The notes under the pieces are model-generated. The model made no database searches. It had not been told where the DNA came from and was given only the letters and a program-made list of their open reading frames with translations. Below are positions 39,603-50,400 of a stretch of DNA of 64,000 nucleotides, in pieces. The first letter of the stretch is position 1. Every line of letters starts with the position of its first letter. The DNA comes from a bacterium (lineage in GTDB: Bacteria > Electryoneota > Electryoneia > Electryoneales > Electryoneaceae). The stretch spans positions 18,621 to 82,620 of the forward strand of contig JAZDLX010000200.1 of the NCBI GenBank assembly GCA_043801585.1, written 5' to 3'. The position numbers were made by a program, and so were the translations under genes.

Positions 39603-41024
39603 ATGATGAGGATTCCTGCAAAGCGAAAATCACTGCCCATGATCGCGATCCTGTTCATGGGTACGTTCATCGCCGCACCACCGTTGATCGCCCAGGTTCC
39701 ATCCGTCCAGGACACTCTCGTTCTCGATTGGAACGGCGCCTGGAAGATGGCGCTCGAACTCAACGAATCGCTTGCGATCGTCCGCAACAACGAAACGGCC
39801 GCCAGCCAGAAGGTGCGTGAAGCCTACTCGGCGGCGATGCCGACTGTGGCTTTCAACGGAACCTTCAATCACTATTTTCAAGTCCCCTCGACGATCCTGA
39901 ATCTGCCTGCTGCGTTCAGTTCCACCGGCCAGCCGGTACGGCTTAAAGCTCAGTTCGGCAGTGAAAATAACGTCGCGGCGAACATCCAGCTCACCCAACC
40001 GCTATGGCTCGCGGGCAAGGTTGGATTCGGACTGAAGGCGGCGAAAGCCTACAGGGAACTGAACACTTACCAGGTGAAACTGGCACGCGATGATCTCCGC
40101 GTTCAACTGATGCAGACCTACTATGGCGCGATTCTGGCGAACCGTGGACTGGCTGTCGCCCGGGAAAGTCTGAAACAGGCGACGGATCATTCCGCTCAGG
40201 TTCAGCAGATGTACGACCAGGGAGTGGCGAGCGAATACGACCTGATCCGCGCCAAGGTTGCTGTCAGCAACCTGAAACCGAACGTAAGCCAGGCGGAAGC
40301 CAACCGTGATCTGGTCCGCAAGGCGCTGAAGAACCTGCTGGGCCTGGATGTCGATCGTCCGATCAGGCTCACCGACAATCTCGAGGAGGCGATCGCACCG
40401 CCAACACTCGACTACGAGGACGCTTCTGCGACAGCCTTGAACCAGCGTGTCGAATTGCGGCAACTGGACCTTCAGCAGCGCCTCTACGAAATCGAATACA
40501 AAGTGAACAAACGGAACGTTCTGTGGCCGAATCTGCTCGCTGGGCTTCGCTGGGAAACGTCAGCCCAAGCGTCGAACCTGAAGCTTGGGAAATACGAATT
40601 TCTCGGAGGATACGGCGGCCAGGTCATCCTGCAGATCCCGCTTTTCGACGGTTTCTCCAGCCACTGGAAAGCGCAGCAATCGAAAGTGAACATACGAAAT
40701 ACACGTTTGCAGCGAACCCAGCTCGAGCGTGGCATCCGTCTGCAAGTTTTTGAAGCGTTAAGAACATACCAGAGTTCCGCGGAAGAGCTGAGCGCCGCGA
40801 AAGAGAGCCTGATCCAGGCGGAAAAAGGATATGCCATTGCGGAAACACGCTACCGGAGTGGAGTGGGTACCCAACTCGAGGCGCTCGACGCGCAATTGCA
40901 GTTGAACGTCAGCCGGGTCAATCTCCTGCAGGCTCAGTACAACCTGCTGATCGCCCGTGCGAATTTCGACCGTGCAAGCGGATCAACGTTTGTGGACAAC
41001 GACAGTGACAGGGAATTGCGATGA
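39603..41024 (+). CDS. TolC family outer-membrane efflux protein
   Basis: Signal peptide, two OEP repeats, LTQPLW, IPLFDG, RYRSGVGTQLE; start approximate. Confidence 0.9.
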   Translation: MMRIPAKRKSLPMIAILFMGTFIAAPPLIAQVPSVQDTLVLDWNGAWKMALELNESLAIVRNNETAASQKVREAYSAAMPTVAFNGTFNHYFQVPSTILNLPAAFSSTGQPVRLKAQFGSENNVAANIQLTQPLWLAGKVGFGLKAAKAYRELNTYQVKLARDDLRVQLMQTYYGAILANRGLAVARESLKQATDHSAQVQQMYDQGVASEYDLIRAKVAVSNLKPNVSQAEANRDLVRKALKNLLGLDVDRPIRLTDNLEEAIAPPTLDYEDASATALNQRVELRQLDLQQRLYEIEYKVNKRNVLWPNLLAGLRWETSAQASNLKLGKYEFLGGYGGQVILQIPLFDGFSSHWKAQQSKVNIRNTRLQRTQLERGIRLQVFEALRTYQSSAEELSAAKESLIQAEKGYAIAETRYRSGVGTQLEALDAQLQLNVSRVNLLQAQYNLLIARANFDRASGSTFVDNDSDRELR

Positions 41025-42082
41025 AGAAGATTATCGGCATTGTCATCGGAGTGGTGATCGTCCTCTTTCTGGTTCTTGGGATCGCCCGCACCCGCCAGAA
41101 GGAAGAAGTGAAAAGCATTGCCAAGATTCAGCAGGCTGAAGGGATTCCTGTGTTCGCGATGACCGTGGAACCCGGAAATGTCAAGAAAGTGCAGACCTAC
41201 TACGGCACCGTTCGCTCCAAGGACCAGGCGCTGGTTGCCTCAAAACTGATGGAACGCATCGAGAAGATTTATGTGCATGAGGGGGATCGTGTTCAAAAGG
41301 GCGACAAGCTCGTCCGTTTTGACGCTTCCCACAGCGCCGCCATGGTCGCACAGGCGAAGCTTCAATACCAGAATGCGATGCGCGACTACCAGCGGATGAA
41401 GAAACTGCTCGAGGACGGCGCGATCAGCCAGCAGACCTTCGACCAGGTGAATCTCGGCTACGAGGTCGCAAAAGAGAATTATGAAACGGCCCAGAGCAGC
41501 GTGGAGGTGACCGCTCCGTTGAGCGGCATCGTCGCCCGTGTCAACTTCGCGGAAGGCGCGTTGGCGAACCCCGGCGACATCCTCGTTCAGATTGTCAATG
41601 ACAACGCCTACGAGGTGCAGTTCGACGCCACGCAGGAGGACCGGGTGATGCTGAAACCGGGCCTGCAAGCCATTGTCCGTACCAAAGAAGGCAAGGGAAT
41701 CATGGGACACCTGGCGAAGGTATCCTTTGCCACCGCGGAAGAGACACGGCTTTTCACCGCGTACGTGGACATCCCAGGATCCGGGGATGTGTACCCCGGT
41801 GTTCTGGCAGCGGTGGATGTCGTGATCAGCGAACGAAAGGATGTGATCGCCGTCCCGATCGAGGCTCTACTTAGCAGAGGCAAGGGTCCCGAGCTGATTG
41901 TCATCGTGAACGGCATTGCGAATGTCCGCCCGGTGAAACTCGGCCTCGCGGGTAGCGCGAACGTGGAGATCCTTGATGGATTGAAGGCTGGGGAGACGAT
42001 TGCGACCTACGGCCACGCATCCGTGGAACAGGGTCAGAAGGTCAGGATCATCCAGGAAGAGAAGACGGCAAACAACGGCTGA
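41021..42082 (+). CDS. RND efflux [11 protein letters not shown] adaptor (MFP)
   Basis: N-terminal TM, VHEGDRVQKGD, helical hairpin, VTAPLSG, AVP, VKLG. Confidence 0.9.
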   Translation: MKKIIGIVIGVVIVLFLVLGIARTRQKEEVKSIAKIQQAEGIPVFAMTVEPGNVKKVQTYYGTVRSKDQALVASKLMERIEKIYVHEGDRVQKGDKLVRFDASHSAAMVAQAKLQYQNAMRDYQRMKKLLEDGAISQQTFDQVNLGYEVAKENYETAQSSVEVTAPLSGIVARVNFAEGALANPGDILVQIVNDNAYEVQFDATQEDRVMLKPGLQAIVRTKEGKGIMGHLAKVSFATAEETRLFTAYVDIPGSGDVYPGVLAAVDVVISERKDVIAVPIEALLSRGKGPELIVIVNGIANVRPVKLGLAGSANVEILDGLKAGETIATYGHASVEQGQKVRIIQEEKTANNG

Positions 42083-42109
42083 CAGCCGATGTGACGAGGA
42101 CAACAAACG

Positions 42110-45100
42110 ATGTTCCTATCCGATATATCGATCAAACGGCCCGTGCTGATGACGATGGTGGTTTTCGTTTTCGTCGTCGTCGGCCTCTTCTGCGTGGCCC
42201 AGATTGGGATCGACCTGTTCCCACGGATTGATTTTCCCTTCATCTCCATAGTAACTGTCTATCCGGGAGCGGGCCCAGAGGAAATCGAGACCCTGATCAA
42301 CAAACCGCTAGAAGAAGAGGTCTCCTCGATCAGCGGCGTCAAAAACACTAATTCGATCGCTCAGGAGGGTGTGTCGGTTGTCCTTATCGAGTTGCAGCTC
42401 GGTGAGGATGTGAACATCGCTGCAATCGACGTCAAGGACAAGATCAGCGCGATCAGGATGAATCTGCCGACCGACATTCAGGAACCGGTCGTCCAGAAAT
42501 TTGAAATGGGCGCCATGGCGATCATCAGCCTGACTGTCTCCGGTGACCGTCCTATCGAGGATCTCTACCAGTTGGTGGACAAGACGATCAAACCGGAGAT
42601 GCTCCGCATCAGCGGTTTGGCGAACGTCGAGATCGTTGGCGCCAAGGAACGCGAGATCCAGGTGATCCTGTCGACTCAGTTGATGAAGGCGTACGGCCTG
42701 AGTCCACTGCAGGTTGTGGGCGCCCTCGCCGCTGAAAACCTGACACTGCCGGCTGGTCGTATCGAACGGGGGAGAAGTGAGTACACGCTCCGTCTCGCTG
42801 GCGAGTTCGCGGACGTCGATGCGATTCGAGCGACACGGATCTCGACGCCATCCGGCCCGATCCGCCTTGACAGGATTGCGGAGGTGAAAGACGATTTTGC
42901 CGAGATGCGTGAACTCGCCAGGTTCAATTCCAAGCCGTCCATCGGCATGGACCTTGTGAAACAGACCGATGCAAACACCGTCCAGGTGGCAAATGGCGTT
43001 TATCGCGCTCTTGACAAAATCCGCCCGCTGCTGCCGCCCGGGGTATCAGTGGATATCGCTTCGGACCGCAGCCAGTTTATTCGGAATTCCGTGTCGGACG
43101 TACTCGGCAACCTGCTGCTGGGCATTCTCTTTACGGCGATCGTGCTGTTCCTGTTCCTGCACAACTGGCGCAGCACCCTGATCGCCGCAGTGGCGATGCC
43201 GATCTCCATCATCTCGACGTTCACCCTGCTCGTCGCGGCGGACTTCACCTTGAACATGATGTCTTTGATGGGATTGGCGATTTCGGTGGGCATTCTCGTT
43301 GTCAACGCCATCGTCGTTCTCGAGAACATCGAACGGCTCGAAAAAGAGGGAATGAGCCAAAAGGAAGCCGCCGCGAAAGGCACGACGGAAATTGCCGTGG
43401 CGGTTGCCGCGGCGACCTTGACGAACATCGTGGTGTTCACCCCGATGGCCTTCATGCAGGGAATGATCGGTCCGATCTTCCGCCAGTTCGGGTTGACCGT
43501 GGCCTTCGCCACCATCTTCAGCCTGCTGATCAGCTATACCCTGACACCGATGATGGCCAGCCGCCCGCTTCGAAAGGGCATGTACATCGTGGTTGGCGGT
43601 GTGATGATCGTCGCCGTCTGGGCGTTCCTCAGCCTTACCACAACGATCATCACCACCGTCGTTGTTCTGTTCACGCTCATGGCTCAGCGGCTTGGGTGGG
43701 CTGACCGGTTCGCCGCCTGGTGGGACAAGTGGTATGGCGAACTGGAGCATGACTACCGAATCGGTCTGCGCTGGACGTTGGACCACCGGAAAATCGTGTT
43801 TGCCGCCATAACGGCGCTGTTCCTCTTTGGACTGGTGCTCTTCGGTTTCATCGGAAGCGAATTTTTCCCTTCCTACGATGAACGTTATTTCTCCGCATCT
43901 GTGGAGATGCCGGCTGGATCGCGCATCGAAGAGACGAATCGCGTGCTCTACCACATCGAAGAAGTGGTGGCGAAGTACCCCGAAGTGAACACCATCTACA
44001 CGTCTCTCGGGTTGAGCAGCTCCGGCGGTCTGGGGGGCGCCCAGGGTGTCCAATATGGCACGGTACTGGTCGCCTTGAAGCCCGTGGAAGAAGGAAACTA
44101 CCCACCGACAAGCGAGGTGGTGAAGGATCTACGCACGAAACTCGCTGACATCCCGGCTGCCCAGATCGTTGTGGCTGAGGCGACCCAGTTCGGTGGTCGC
44201 GGCGGTGCAGACCTTCAGATCGAGTTGCAGGGCGAGAATATGAACGAACTCGCCGCCGCTTCGGACAGCGCGATTGAGATCATTCGTGGAACGGGCAACG
44301 CCGTCGATGTTCGCAGCGACTGGGTTGTCGGCAAACCGGAAGTTGTCGTCAAACCGGACCGCATCCGGATGTCCGACCGTGGCATCAACGTGCAGAGTGT
44401 GGCCATGACCCTTCGCACCCTCTTCGAGGGTACCATAGCCACTCACTACCGCGAGGAAGGTGACGAGTACGACGTCCGTGTTCAACTACAGGAGGAAGAC
44501 CGCAACCGGATCGACCGGGTGGGAGACCTGCTGATTGCGACATCGACCGGATTCGTGCCATTGAAGGACATCGCCGACATCGAATACGGTACGGGACCGA
44601 CGCAGGTGACACGCAAGAACAAACGGAGAATGGTCACGATTTCCGCGAACGTAGTCAACGTGACCATTGGCGAAGTACAGCAGGAGATTGCCCGAGCGCT
44701 CGAACTCCCGCAGACACCGCCATCTCAGATCATGAAGGACATCTTTACCGGCAAGAGCAGCGCGGCGCCGAAACCCAGTCCCCGCCTGCCAAAAGGTGTG
44801 ACAGTGTTTTTCGGTGGGCAGTCGGAGAGGATGTCGGAGTCGTTCTCGAGTCTGCTGCAGGCGCTGGTTCTCGCCATTATCCTGACCTATATGCTGCTTG
44901 CGGCAATCCTCGAGAGCTACCGGTTCCCGTTGATCATCATGATGACGCTGCCGCTCGCACTGATCGGAGTCTCGATGAGCCTGGTGATTACGGGAAAATC
45001 CATCTCGATCATCGCAATGATGTCGATCATCATGCTCGTTGGAATTGTCGTGAACAACGGCATCCTGCTGATCGACTACACACAGTTGCTGCGGAGTAAG

Positions 45101-45370
45101 GGCAAGGGATTGAAAGACGCAATCCTGACCGCCTGTCCAATACGCCTGCGGCCGATCATCATGTCCACCCTGGCCACCTCGCTCGGAATGCTACCGCTGG
45201 CGCTCGGTCTCGGCGCCGGTGGCGAAATTCGAGCCCCGATGGCGATTGTCGCTATCGGAGGCCTGGTTGTGTCGACGGCGTTGACGCTCTTCCTGATTCC
45301 CGTCATGCTCGCCGCCATGGAAGCGAAGGGAGAGGAGAAACGGCTGCAACGCGGTGAAATCACGTTGTAA
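42110..45370 (+). CDS. RND efflux permease (AcrB/HAE1-like), atypical TM4/TM10
   Basis: SIKRPV, YPGAGPEEIE, TLTPM, RLRPIIMST, APMAIVAIGGL. Confidence 0.95.
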   Translation: MFLSDISIKRPVLMTMVVFVFVVVGLFCVAQIGIDLFPRIDFPFISIVTVYPGAGPEEIETLINKPLEEEVSSISGVKNTNSIAQEGVSVVLIELQLGEDVNIAAIDVKDKISAIRMNLPTDIQEPVVQKFEMGAMAIISLTVSGDRPIEDLYQLVDKTIKPEMLRISGLANVEIVGAKEREIQVILSTQLMKAYGLSPLQVVGALAAENLTLPAGRIERGRSEYTLRLAGEFADVDAIRATRISTPSGPIRLDRIAEVKDDFAEMRELARFNSKPSIGMDLVKQTDANTVQVANGVYRALDKIRPLLPPGVSVDIASDRSQFIRNSVSDVLGNLLLGILFTAIVLFLFLHNWRSTLIAAVAMPISIISTFTLLVAADFTLNMMSLMGLAISVGILVVNAIVVLENIERLEKEGMSQKEAAAKGTTEIAVAVAAATLTNIVVFTPMAFMQGMIGPIFRQFGLTVAFATIFSLLISYTLTPMMASRPLRKGMYIVVGGVMIVAVWAFLSLTTTIITTVVVLFTLMAQRLGWADRFAAWWDKWYGELEHDYRIGLRWTLDHRKIVFAAITALFLFGLVLFGFIGSEFFPSYDERYFSASVEMPAGSRIEETNRVLYHIEEVVAKYPEVNTIYTSLGLSSSGGLGGAQGVQYGTVLVALKPVEEGNYPPTSEVVKDLRTKLADIPAAQIVVAEATQFGGRGGADLQIELQGENMNELAAASDSAIEIIRGTGNAVDVRSDWVVGKPEVVVKPDRIRMSDRGINVQSVAMTLRTLFEGTIATHYREEGDEYDVRVQLQEEDRNRIDRVGDLLIATSTGFVPLKDIADIEYGTGPTQVTRKNKRRMVTISANVVNVTIGEVQQEIARALELPQTPPSQIMKDIFTGKSSAAPKPSPRLPKGVTVFFGGQSERMSESFSSLLQALVLAIILTYMLLAAILESYRFPLIIMMTLPLALIGVSMSLVITGKSISIIAMMSIIMLVGIVVNNGILLIDYTQLLRSKGKGLKDAILTACPIRLRPIIMSTLATSLGMLPLALGLGAGGEIRAPMAIVAIGGLVVSTALTLFLIPVMLAAMEAKGEEKRLQRGEITL

Positions 45371-45384
45371 CAACAGTTACTTAA

Positions 45385-45419
45385 ACAGAACCCCCGGCTT
45401 CCATCGTCGGGGGTTCTGT
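45385..45419. terminator. Hairpin between convergent genes
   Basis: ACAGAACCCCCGGC/GTCGGGGGTTCTGT. Confidence 0.7.
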
Positions 45420-45445
45420 ATTTCAATATTGGACGGCGACTTCTG

Positions 45446-46192
45446 TCATGAACGCCGTGCCTTGCGTGAACGGGCCACACCACTTCCTTTTTTTCCGGTT
45501 CCCTCCCTGGGAGCCGGGTAGGTTTCCGCGTGCCACCACGTGTACAGGAAAAGCAGCACCCCCGGGATATATCCGAGCAGGAACACTCCCCAGTGGAAAC
45601 GATCCGGTACGCCCTCCGTAAACGCCATCCTGAAATCAAGGATGAACGAGACGATGATGATAGCGCCAAACGCTATTTCGAGCGCCCAGAACAGACCCAT
45701 CGGGTTCAACGGCCGGCGGCGATCCTCCTGCACGACGATCAGGATACCCGCTCCGATCATCGCCAGCGACACGAGCACCGGCGCGATCACCGGGCCTACC
45801 CAGGGCAGAGGAATCAGAAACAGCAGATCCCATGTGAGCAGCGATTCAGGCCATCCAAGCGATATTTTCAGTCCTACGTAATACACAATGTCCCAGAGCC
45901 CGAAGGAGAGCAGGAGGCAGGCGAACCGCTCCAGCGGTCGCCGCCCCGCCAGCACTCCCACAGTCACCAGCATTACAATCGTTGCCACCTCGCGCACCAG
46001 CTCGATCACCCCCACATTCCACGGAATCACTTTCAGCGGGAATGCGAAGCCTTCAGGGTAGAAGAGGAGCCGCATATAGACGACCACGGCTGCCTCGAGC
46101 CAGCCCATCGCCACCGCGAACAGGGCAACCCACAGCAGCCGTTTTTTCGTCTCCTGCTTCAGGTCCCGCAGGATCGTTGTCAGCGCTTTCAT
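45446..46192 (-). CDS. Hypothetical integral membrane protein
   Basis: Several TM segments; LEAAVVVY.R, ELVREVATIVML, WDIVYY, WDLLFLIP.PW.GPV.AP. Confidence 0.75.
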   Translation of the reverse strand: MKALTTILRDLKQETKKRLLWVALFAVAMGWLEAAVVVYMRLLFYPEGFAFPLKVIPWNVGVIELVREVATIVMLVTVGVLAGRRPLERFACLLLSFGLWDIVYYVGLKISLGWPESLLTWDLLFLIPLPWVGPVIAPVLVSLAMIGAGILIVVQEDRRRPLNPMGLFWALEIAFGAIIIVSFILDFRMAFTEGVPDRFHWGVFLLGYIPGVLLFLYTWWHAETYPAPREGTGKKGSGVARSRKARRS

Positions 46193-46240
46193 AGCACTCA
46201 AGATAGGGCTTCCGAGAGGATTTCCAACCGTCATCTCTAC

Positions 46241-46269
46241 TGGACAACTGCACAAATGTTCAGTATCTT
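46241..46269 (+). promoter_or_regulatory. Sigma70-like promoter with SOS-box-like palindrome in the spacer
   Basis: TGGACA-17 nt-TATCTT; ACTGCACAAATGTTCAGT at 46247-46264. Confidence 0.65.
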
Positions 46270-46275
46270 GTCAGC

Positions 46276-47436
46276 ATGAAGAGCACCCATGTCGTATTGC
46301 GGATTCCTGGCTTTTACGCCAGCCTGGAAAAGGAGTTCCATCCAGCGATTGCCACCCGTCCGGTCGTCGTGTGCGCGGGAATCGGGCTTCGTGCGGTTGT
46401 CCTCTCCGGATGCCCTCTCGCGCTGCGAGCAGGTGTGCGTCCCGGCATGCGCCTCGCGGACATCCAGATTCCCGATCTCGAGATTATCCCCGCTTCGGCG
46501 GGAAAATATACGGATGGCACCAATCGCGTTCTGCGTGCGCTCAGTGAAGAATTGCCGGAAGTACGGGTTCTCCGCCCCGGGATTTTCGCAGCGCTGTGGG
46601 AGGGAGGCGTCCATTATCTCCCACACGCGCTGAAAGCAGCTCGCCTGCGTGTGGCAACTTCTGGATTTACAGGCTCATGGGGAGTCGCCTCGGAGCTCGC
46701 CTGCGCGGAGATTGCCGCACTGTACGCCCGCGAAGGAGAGACGAGAACTGTGCCGCCGGGCGAGGAGCGGGAGTTTCTCGATCCACTCCCACTCACTCTG
46801 CTGCCGGATCTTGGCCCGCGCCATCGAAGCACCCTGCAGGAGATGGGAGTACACACCTTCGGAGACCTCGCCAGGCTCCCGAAAACCGCGCTGCATCGCC
46901 TGTTCGGACCGGAAGGCCCACTCGTTCGCGAAATCGCCCTGAGTGGACATCGGCCGTCCCTGCGCCGTCAATGGCGGGGACTGCGCCGTCTTGGAGAAGA
47001 CGCGGAGGATCCGGCGGTGCTCCACGCGGCGGTCGCGGATCTGACAGCGGACGGCGTTGGCGAGATTTACGCGTCGGGACACCGCCCCGGCACGCTGCTG
47101 CTCACCCTCATCTACGCTGATCGCCGGCGAACGACAGGCTCCATCCGTCCCGAGGGATTGCAGCACGAAGGACACTGGCAGGCTGTGGCACACCGTCTCG
47201 CCTCGGAACTTTGGAAGCGGAGGGTGCGCATCGGAGAAGTCCGTATGACCATCCTCTATGGGCGTCCCGAAACCCACCAGTTGGCGCTGTTTGTCCCGGA
47301 ATACCAGCAGGAGCGGGACCATCTGCTGACCGTTGCCGTGCGGCGAATCCGTCAGCGCCTCGGCGGAATGGCGGTGCGTTTCGCCTCGTCGATGCAGCCG
47401 CGAGAACATCCCATCCCCAGCGAGAGCGAAACGTGA
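46276..47436 (+). CDS. imuB: ImuB-like inactive Y-family polymerase
   Basis: DinB-like fold (FYASLE, RPVVV, GVRPGM, FLDPLPL..LP.LG, GVHTFGDL) lacking the catalytic acidic residues; coupled to dnaE. Confidence 0.8.
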   Translation: MKSTHVVLRIPGFYASLEKEFHPAIATRPVVVCAGIGLRAVVLSGCPLALRAGVRPGMRLADIQIPDLEIIPASAGKYTDGTNRVLRALSEELPEVRVLRPGIFAALWEGGVHYLPHALKAARLRVATSGFTGSWGVASELACAEIAALYAREGETRTVPPGEEREFLDPLPLTLLPDLGPRHRSTLQEMGVHTFGDLARLPKTALHRLFGPEGPLVREIALSGHRPSLRRQWRGLRRLGEDAEDPAVLHAAVADLTADGVGEIYASGHRPGTLLLTLIYADRRRTTGSIRPEGLQHEGHWQAVAHRLASELWKRRVRIGEVRMTILYGRPETHQLALFVPEYQQERDHLLTVAVRRIRQRLGGMAVRFASSMQPREHPIPSESET

Positions 47437-50400
47437 AACGGCGGCGAACACAGGGCACGCCCCCGATGCTTCACGTGCAGACACCCTACTCGTTTTATGA
47501 AGGAGTGGGACGCATTGAGCAGGTGGTGGAGGTTGCGCGGTCCCAGAACTCGCAGACGATCGCCTTCACGGACCGCAACCGTGTCAGCGGGCTTGTGCGG
47601 GGATACAAAACGGCGCGCGAGGCCGGGTTGCGACCGATCCTCGGCCTGCTGCTTGATGAACCCGGCAAACCGGATCGATACGCACTCCTCTGGGCGCGGA
47701 ACCTGAACGGGTATGGGGATCTCTGCCGTCTCGCCACCAGCCGTCAGCTTGAACCGGAATTTCATCTCGTCGATGCGATCTCGTCCGTGGGGCAGGGGAC
47801 TATCGTGGCGGTCGCGGATTGTGATCTGCTCGAAACGCTGCGGGACCGGCTCGCTCCGGGAACCTTTTTCGCAAATCTTCGCGCGTTTTCGACTCGCCAG
47901 CAGCGTATCCGCGCATTGAAGACCTACGATCACGCCCGCGCCCTGGGCATTCCGGTCGTTGCCACCTCGCCGATCACCAGCGCAACGGTGGAACAGGCGT
48001 CACTCGCACGGCTGCTGCGTGCGATTGGGGAGCGCAGAGTCCTCCAACAGGGAAAGGACGATCCCGTCTATTCGCTGGACGATCCGGATATTGTGCAACG
48101 CTGTTTCCGAAATGTTCCGGACGCGCTGGACAACGCCCACCTGATCGCCCGGGAGTGCGATGTGGACCTGCGCCTCGGCGAATTGAAATTCCCCGCGCCA
48201 CTGCTGCCGGAGGGAACCGATCCCTTTGCCGAACTGCGCCACCGTTCCGAAGAGGGACTCCGAAGGCGCTATGGACCCGTACCGCCCGAACCCGCCCGCG
48301 AACGCCTCGCCTACGAACTGGGAGTGATCGCACACCTTGGATTTGCCGGGTACATGCTCGTCGTTCACGACATCGCACGGGATGCCTGGGGAAAGGGGAT
48401 CCGGACGCTCGGACGGGGGTCTTCTGCGAACAGCCTCGTCTGCTATTGTCTCGGCTTAACAGACATCTGTCCCCTGAAATACGACCTTTACTTCGAGCGT
48501 TTTCTGAACCCGGAACGGAGCAGTCCCCCCGACATCGACCTGGATTTCTCCTGGCGCGACCGTGACAGTATCCTGCACAATGTGTACGACACCTACGGCC
48601 ATGACAGCGTCGCCATGATCGCCACAACCGTCACCTTCCGGGCCCGTGCGGCATTTCATGAGGCAGCCCTCGCGCACGGTTTGCCGGAGGAGGAAATCTC
48701 GCGGATCACCAAACGCATTCCCTCGTTTTCACACGTTGAACGGCTGGAGGACCTGCCCGGCGAGGTGCCCGCCTGTCGTGAGCTTCCGCTCGACCGGGAA
48801 CCATGGACGTCCATCGCACGGGAAGCGAACGGCCTTCTCGGTCTGCCAAGACACCTCTCCATCCACGCCGGCGGGATTGTGATCACCCCCGGTCCGCTCA
48901 CCGAATGGACTGCCCTCGAGCGGGCATCCAAGGGGTATGTGATCACCCAATATGACATGTATCCTGTTGAAGATCTTGGACTTGTCAAGATCGACCTGCT
49001 GAGCCAGCGCTCCCTGGGCGTGCTCAAGGATACGGTGGAGATGGTCGAGCGGAACACCGGCGAAAAACCTCCCGTGAGCGACGTTGAGGATATTTTCCTC
49101 GATCCGGCGACACGGTCACTGCTCCGGGAAGGGCGCTCCATGGGCTGTTTCTATGTGGAATCGCCCGGGATGATCTCGCTGCTTCGAAAACTCGACTGCG
49201 ACCATTTCGAACTGCTTGTCGCCGCCAGTTCGGTGATCCGGCCTGGCGTCAGCGAATCGGGGATGATGCAGCAGTACATCGAGCGTGTCCGTGATCCTTC
49301 CAAAGCGGAATATCTGCACCCGAGGATGCGAACTCTACTTGCCGAAACACATGGTGTGATGATCTACCAGGAAGACGTGATCAAGGTCGCCCACCACGTC
49401 GCCGGACTTTCCCTGGGGCGTGCCGACCTGCTGCGGCGGGCGATGAGCGGAAAACATCGAAGCCTCGATGGCATGATCAAACTGAAGGATGAATTCATCG
49501 AGGGGTGCGGGAAAAATGGCGTCGAACCTGAGATTGCGCGGGAGATCTGGCGACAGATCGCCTCCTTTGCCGGGTATTCGTTCTGCAAGGCGCACAGCGC
49601 TTCGTTTGCGGTCCTTTCGATGCAGATAGCTTACCTGAAAGCCCACCATCCGGCGGAATTCTGGGCGTCCGTGCTGGCAAACGGCGGCGGCTTCTACAGC
49701 CAGGCGGCGTACGTGGAGCAGGCAAAACGGGAGGGAGTGCGCGTTCTGCTGCCCGACATCAACGAGAGCGGTCCGGAACCCTGCGGCAGGAGCGACGCCA
49801 TCCGTATCGGTTTTGCCAGCATCGGCGCCCTGCGGGAGAACACCGTCGAGCAACTGCTGGACGAACGAAATAGGAATGGAACCTTCAGTAGTCTCGGTGA
49901 TTTCGTGCGGCGTCTTCACCCTGCGATTGATGAGGTGGAGGCGCTGATTTCATGTGGAACATTCGATTCCTTTGACATCAACCGCCCGACCCTGCTGCGA
50001 AACCTGCGGGCTGGATTCAACGCCTACCTCGCCGGGCCCGGTCCTCTCGCCGTGGACACCGAGGATCCCTTCGCCGACCTCCCTCCAGCGAAAGACTGGA
50101 GCGAGGAAGAGAAATATCTCGCGGAACGGCGCATTCTCGGGTTTTCTCCGGGGACACACCCCCTGGCACTGCTCGACCTTCCCACGGACAATACTGTTTC
50201 AGCGCGGGACATGGAGCGTCACGAGGGACGGAGGGTGCACATGGTCGGCTGGGCTTACACTCACAAACGAATTACAACGCGCTCGAAGCGGGAGACCATG
50301 GAATTCATCTCGATGGAGGATCTCACCGGAACGTTTGAAGTCACTGTGTTTCCAAAGACCTACAGACGTTTCGCACCGATTCTGCACGGCAATGGACCCT

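Noticed and set aside
46191..46217. CIRCE element (ATAGCACTC...)
   Set aside because: Only a half-site; the GAGTGCTAA arm is missing and no chaperone gene is adjacent
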